Below, piece by piece: positions 60,906-64,000 of a stretch of 64,000 bases of DNA (position 1 is its first letter; each line of letters begins with the position of its first letter). The DNA comes from Macrostomum hystrix (taxonomy: Eukaryota > Animalia > Platyhelminthes). The DNA lies in assembly GCA_950097015.1 (NCBI GenBank), contig CATNEN010000029.1, forward strand, positions 1,612,001 through 1,676,000, written 5' to 3'. The notes under the pieces are model-generated. The model did no database searches, had not been told where the DNA came from, and saw only the letters and a program-made list of their open reading frames with translations. A program made the translations under genes and the position numbers.

Positions 60906-61614
60906 GAGTACACAGATCGAACAGGGAAGAAAGGGCAGCTATGTTTATTTCCGTCCTTGAAGTGGCTCGAATAATAATATTCAAATTTCTAAGAAAATAA
61001 CATCACTTTATCTCACGAGACCTTTGTCTAAAGCTGCTTCACCTGGGACCATCTAGCCAATTATAATTTTTTCTTACCTATCCAGATATTTCTTTTAGAA
61101 GCAATCGACTTCCTTCAGGAAGTGCCTCGCAGAGCTGGTAGTTTCCTGTTTTGGGCAAAAAGAAAAGAGCAGTCAATCTATTTTTCAAAGGCTGTTTAGA
61201 AACTATTCCTGTTTTCAAATATAGCCCAGCCTGAATTCTCCCATTCTGCTGGCGGGATTGCTGAACCAAGCTGAAACCAAACTGCAGCAGCATTCTATGA
61301 AGCCACACAGCGATCAATGAAAGTGATCGACCATGCGATGAGCGTTTCAGGATGTTTGCAATCAAGCACACAGTCCGCTAGCTAAAGCAGCAACATGCGG
61401 CCTAGCAATAACCATAAAAAAATTATTCTCTACCATTGTGAAGTGCCAGTCTGCAGTTCCAGACTGATTTAGATTGGCCACGACAAAACTCAATGACGAG
61501 CGATGTGTCTATTTTGCTAGACTTCTGTGATGAACGGAAAACGGCGAAAATTATTTTATACGAAATGCAATCTCACTTTCGTATTTTTCGACGAAAACTC
61601 TATGATGTTTCTGA

Positions 61615-62395
61615 GATATTGGGTGAGATTGTGAGAGACCGTGTGAGATTTTGAGAGGAGGTGAGTGAGATTGTAAGAGAGGGCTTAGATTGTGTGAGAT
61701 TGTCGGTGAGTTTGTGAGATGAGGGGGGTGAGATTGTGAGATGAGGTGGGTGAGATTGTGTGAGAGTGGGTGAGATTGTGAGAAAGAGTGGGTGAGATTG
61801 TGTGAGAGAGTGGGTGAGATTGTGTGAGAGAGTGGGTGAGATTGTGAGTAAGAGTGGGTGAGATTGTGAGTAAGAGTGGGTGAGATTGTGAGTAAGAGTG
61901 GGTGAGATTGTGAGTAAGAGTGGGTGAGATTGTGAGTAAGAGTGGGTGAGATTGTGAGTAAGAGTGGGTGAGATTGTGAGTAAGAGTGGGTGAGATTGTG
62001 AGTAAGAGTGGGTGAGATTGTGAGTAAGAGTGGGTGAGATTGTGTGAGAGAGTGGGTGAGATTGTGTGAGAGAGTGGGTGAGATTGTGAGAGAGTGGGTG
62101 AGATTGTGAGAAAGTGGTTGAGATTGTGAGAAAGTGGTTAAGATTGTGAGAAAGTGGGTGAGTTGTGAGAAAGATTGTGAGTAAGAGTGGGTGAGATTGT
62201 GAGTAAGAGTGGGTGAGATTGTGAGTAAGAGTGGGTGAGATTGTGAGTAAGAGTGGTTGAGATTGTGAGAAAGTGGGTGAGTTGCGGAGAAAGAGTGGGT
62301 GAGATTGTGAGTAATAGTGGGTGAGATTGTGAGTAAGAGTGGGTGAGATTGTGAGAAAGAGTGGGTGAGATTGCGTGAGAGAGTGGGTGAGAGTG
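61615..62395. repeat. 22-bp purine-rich minisatellite
   Basis: GTGGGTGAGATTGTGAGTAAGA; shares GGGTGAGA(T/C)TGTG with the 37.2-kb array. Confidence 0.93.
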
Positions 62396-62717
62396 GAGAA
62401 AGCAGCGAAGGTCGTGAGAGAAGCAGGAAGAGAATGAACTGCAGACTCAGTGAGTGAATTAGGCATGTGCTGTGTGTTACTGCCCTATTTGCACGGAGTC
62501 AGAAAGTGAGCTAGCTAGCCTGCCTGTAGTTAGCTGGGCCGGGCGGATGAAAATGCGGCAATCTAATTGCATTGTCGAGCTAACCCAGCGAGCACTGCAA
62601 TTTCTGCTGCAATTCACTCTAATTTGAAAGTTGGTTAAAACGCTCCAATGCGCGCCAGCTTCAGGCTGTGCGATTGTCGGCGCCGAGTGGAAATAAACTA
62701 TTTTCGAGAAATTATAC

Positions 62718-64000
62718 GCTGACTGACTGACTGCCTGACTGACTGACTGCCTGACTGACTGACTGCCTGACTGACTGACTGACTGACTGACTGACTGACT
62801 GACTGACTGACTGACTGACTGCCTGACTGACTGACTGACTGACTGACTGACTGACTGACTGACTGACTGACTGACTGACTGCCTGACTGACTGACTGCCT
62901 GACTGACTGACTGCCTGACTGCCTGACTGACTGACTGACTGACTGACTGACTGCCTGACTGACTGACTGCCTGACTGACTGACTGACTGACTGACTGCCT
63001 GACTGACTGACTGCCTGACTGACTGACTGACTGACTGACTGACTGACTGACTGACTGCCTGACTGACTGACTGCCTGACTGCCTGACTGCCTGACTGACT
63101 GACTGACTGACTGACTGACTGACTGCCTGACTGACTGACTGCCTGACTGACTGACTGCCTGACTGACTGACTGACTGACTGACTGCCTGACTGACTGACT
63201 GCCTGACTGACTGACTGACTGACTGACTGACTGACTGACTGCCTGACTGCCTGACTGCCTGACTGCCTGACTGACTGACTGACTGACTGACTGCCTGACT
63301 GACTGACTGACTGACTGACTGACTGACTGACTGACTGCCTGACTGACTGACTGCCTGACTGACTGACTGACTGACTGACTGACTGACTGCCTGACTGACT
63401 GACTGACTGACTGACTGACTGCCTGACTGACTGACTGACTGACTGACTGACTGACTGACTGACTGACTGACTGCCTGACTGACTGACTGCCTGACTGCCT
63501 GACTGCCTGACTGCCTGACTGACTGACTGACTGACTGACTGACTGCCTGACTGACTGACTGCCTGACTGACTGACTGACTGACTGACTGCCTGACTGACT
63601 GACTGCCTGACTGACTGACTGACTGACTGACTGACTGACTGACTGACTGCCTGACTGACTGACTGCCTGACTGCCTGACTGCCTGACTGACTGACTGACT
63701 GACTGACTGACTGACTGCCTGACTGACTGACTGCCTGACTGACTGACTGCCTGACTGACTGACTGACTGACTGACTGCCTGACTGACTGACTGCCTGACT
63801 GACTGACTGACTGACTGACTGACTGACTGACTGCCTGACTGCCTGACTGCCTGACTGCCTGACTGACTGACTGACTGACTGACTGCCTGACTGACTGACT
63901 GACTGACTGACTGACTGACTGACTGACTGACTGCCTGACTGACTGACTGCCTGACTGACTGACTGACTGACTGACTGACTGACTGACTGCCTGACTGCCT
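62718..64000. repeat. (GACT)n microsatellite with GCCT interruptions, over 1.2 kb, running off the window end
   Basis: Direct periodicity. Confidence 0.98.

Noticed and set aside
61078-61146. Exon-like segment on the minus strand (aaacag|...|gtaag)
   Set aside because: All three frames contain a stop and no partner exons are identifiable; at most a non-coding exon.
61600-62466. Ser/His/Thr-rich ORF (and the similar one at 37201-37953)
   Set aside because: Translation of minisatellites.

Overview
Eukaryotic (animal) genomic DNA, not prokaryotic. GC-rich spliced exons sit in AT-rich spacers, and about 30 different tandem-repeat arrays cover roughly 40% of the window (about 26 kb by my rough boundaries). 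Splice-phase-consistent gene models: the 3' part of an NDST heparan-sulfate N-deacetylase/N-sulfotransferase (+), a GPI-type folate-receptor-family gene (+), an unidentified 3-exon polyQ/C-terminal-TM gene (+), an SLC34 Na/Pi cotransporter (+), a synaptotagmin-15-like gene (-, N-terminus uncertain) and a divergent TMEM55/PIP4P-like gene (-) that lacks the CX5R motif and has a long C-terminal tail. Mobile DNA: an intact, very young Mag-type Ty3/Gypsy LTR element inserted in a satellite inside a SYT15 intron, a decayed RNase H-bearing LINE joined in frame to a lone fascin exon, a Penelope-like RT remnant bracketed by 76-bp inverted repeats, MITE-like elements and tRNA-derived SINEs. The TTAGGG tract, short introns and extreme minisatellite load resemble a lophotrochozoan such as the flatworm Macrostomum, but that is an inference only. 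No CRISPR array, rRNA or convincing tRNA gene was found. Best leads: intronic minisatellites built from GT..AG or splice-donor-like units, a CACGTG (CLEAR-like) array inside the TMEM55-like gene, the LINE-fascin chimera, and the non-canonical Gypsy end. All homology calls come from recalled family motifs, not database searches.
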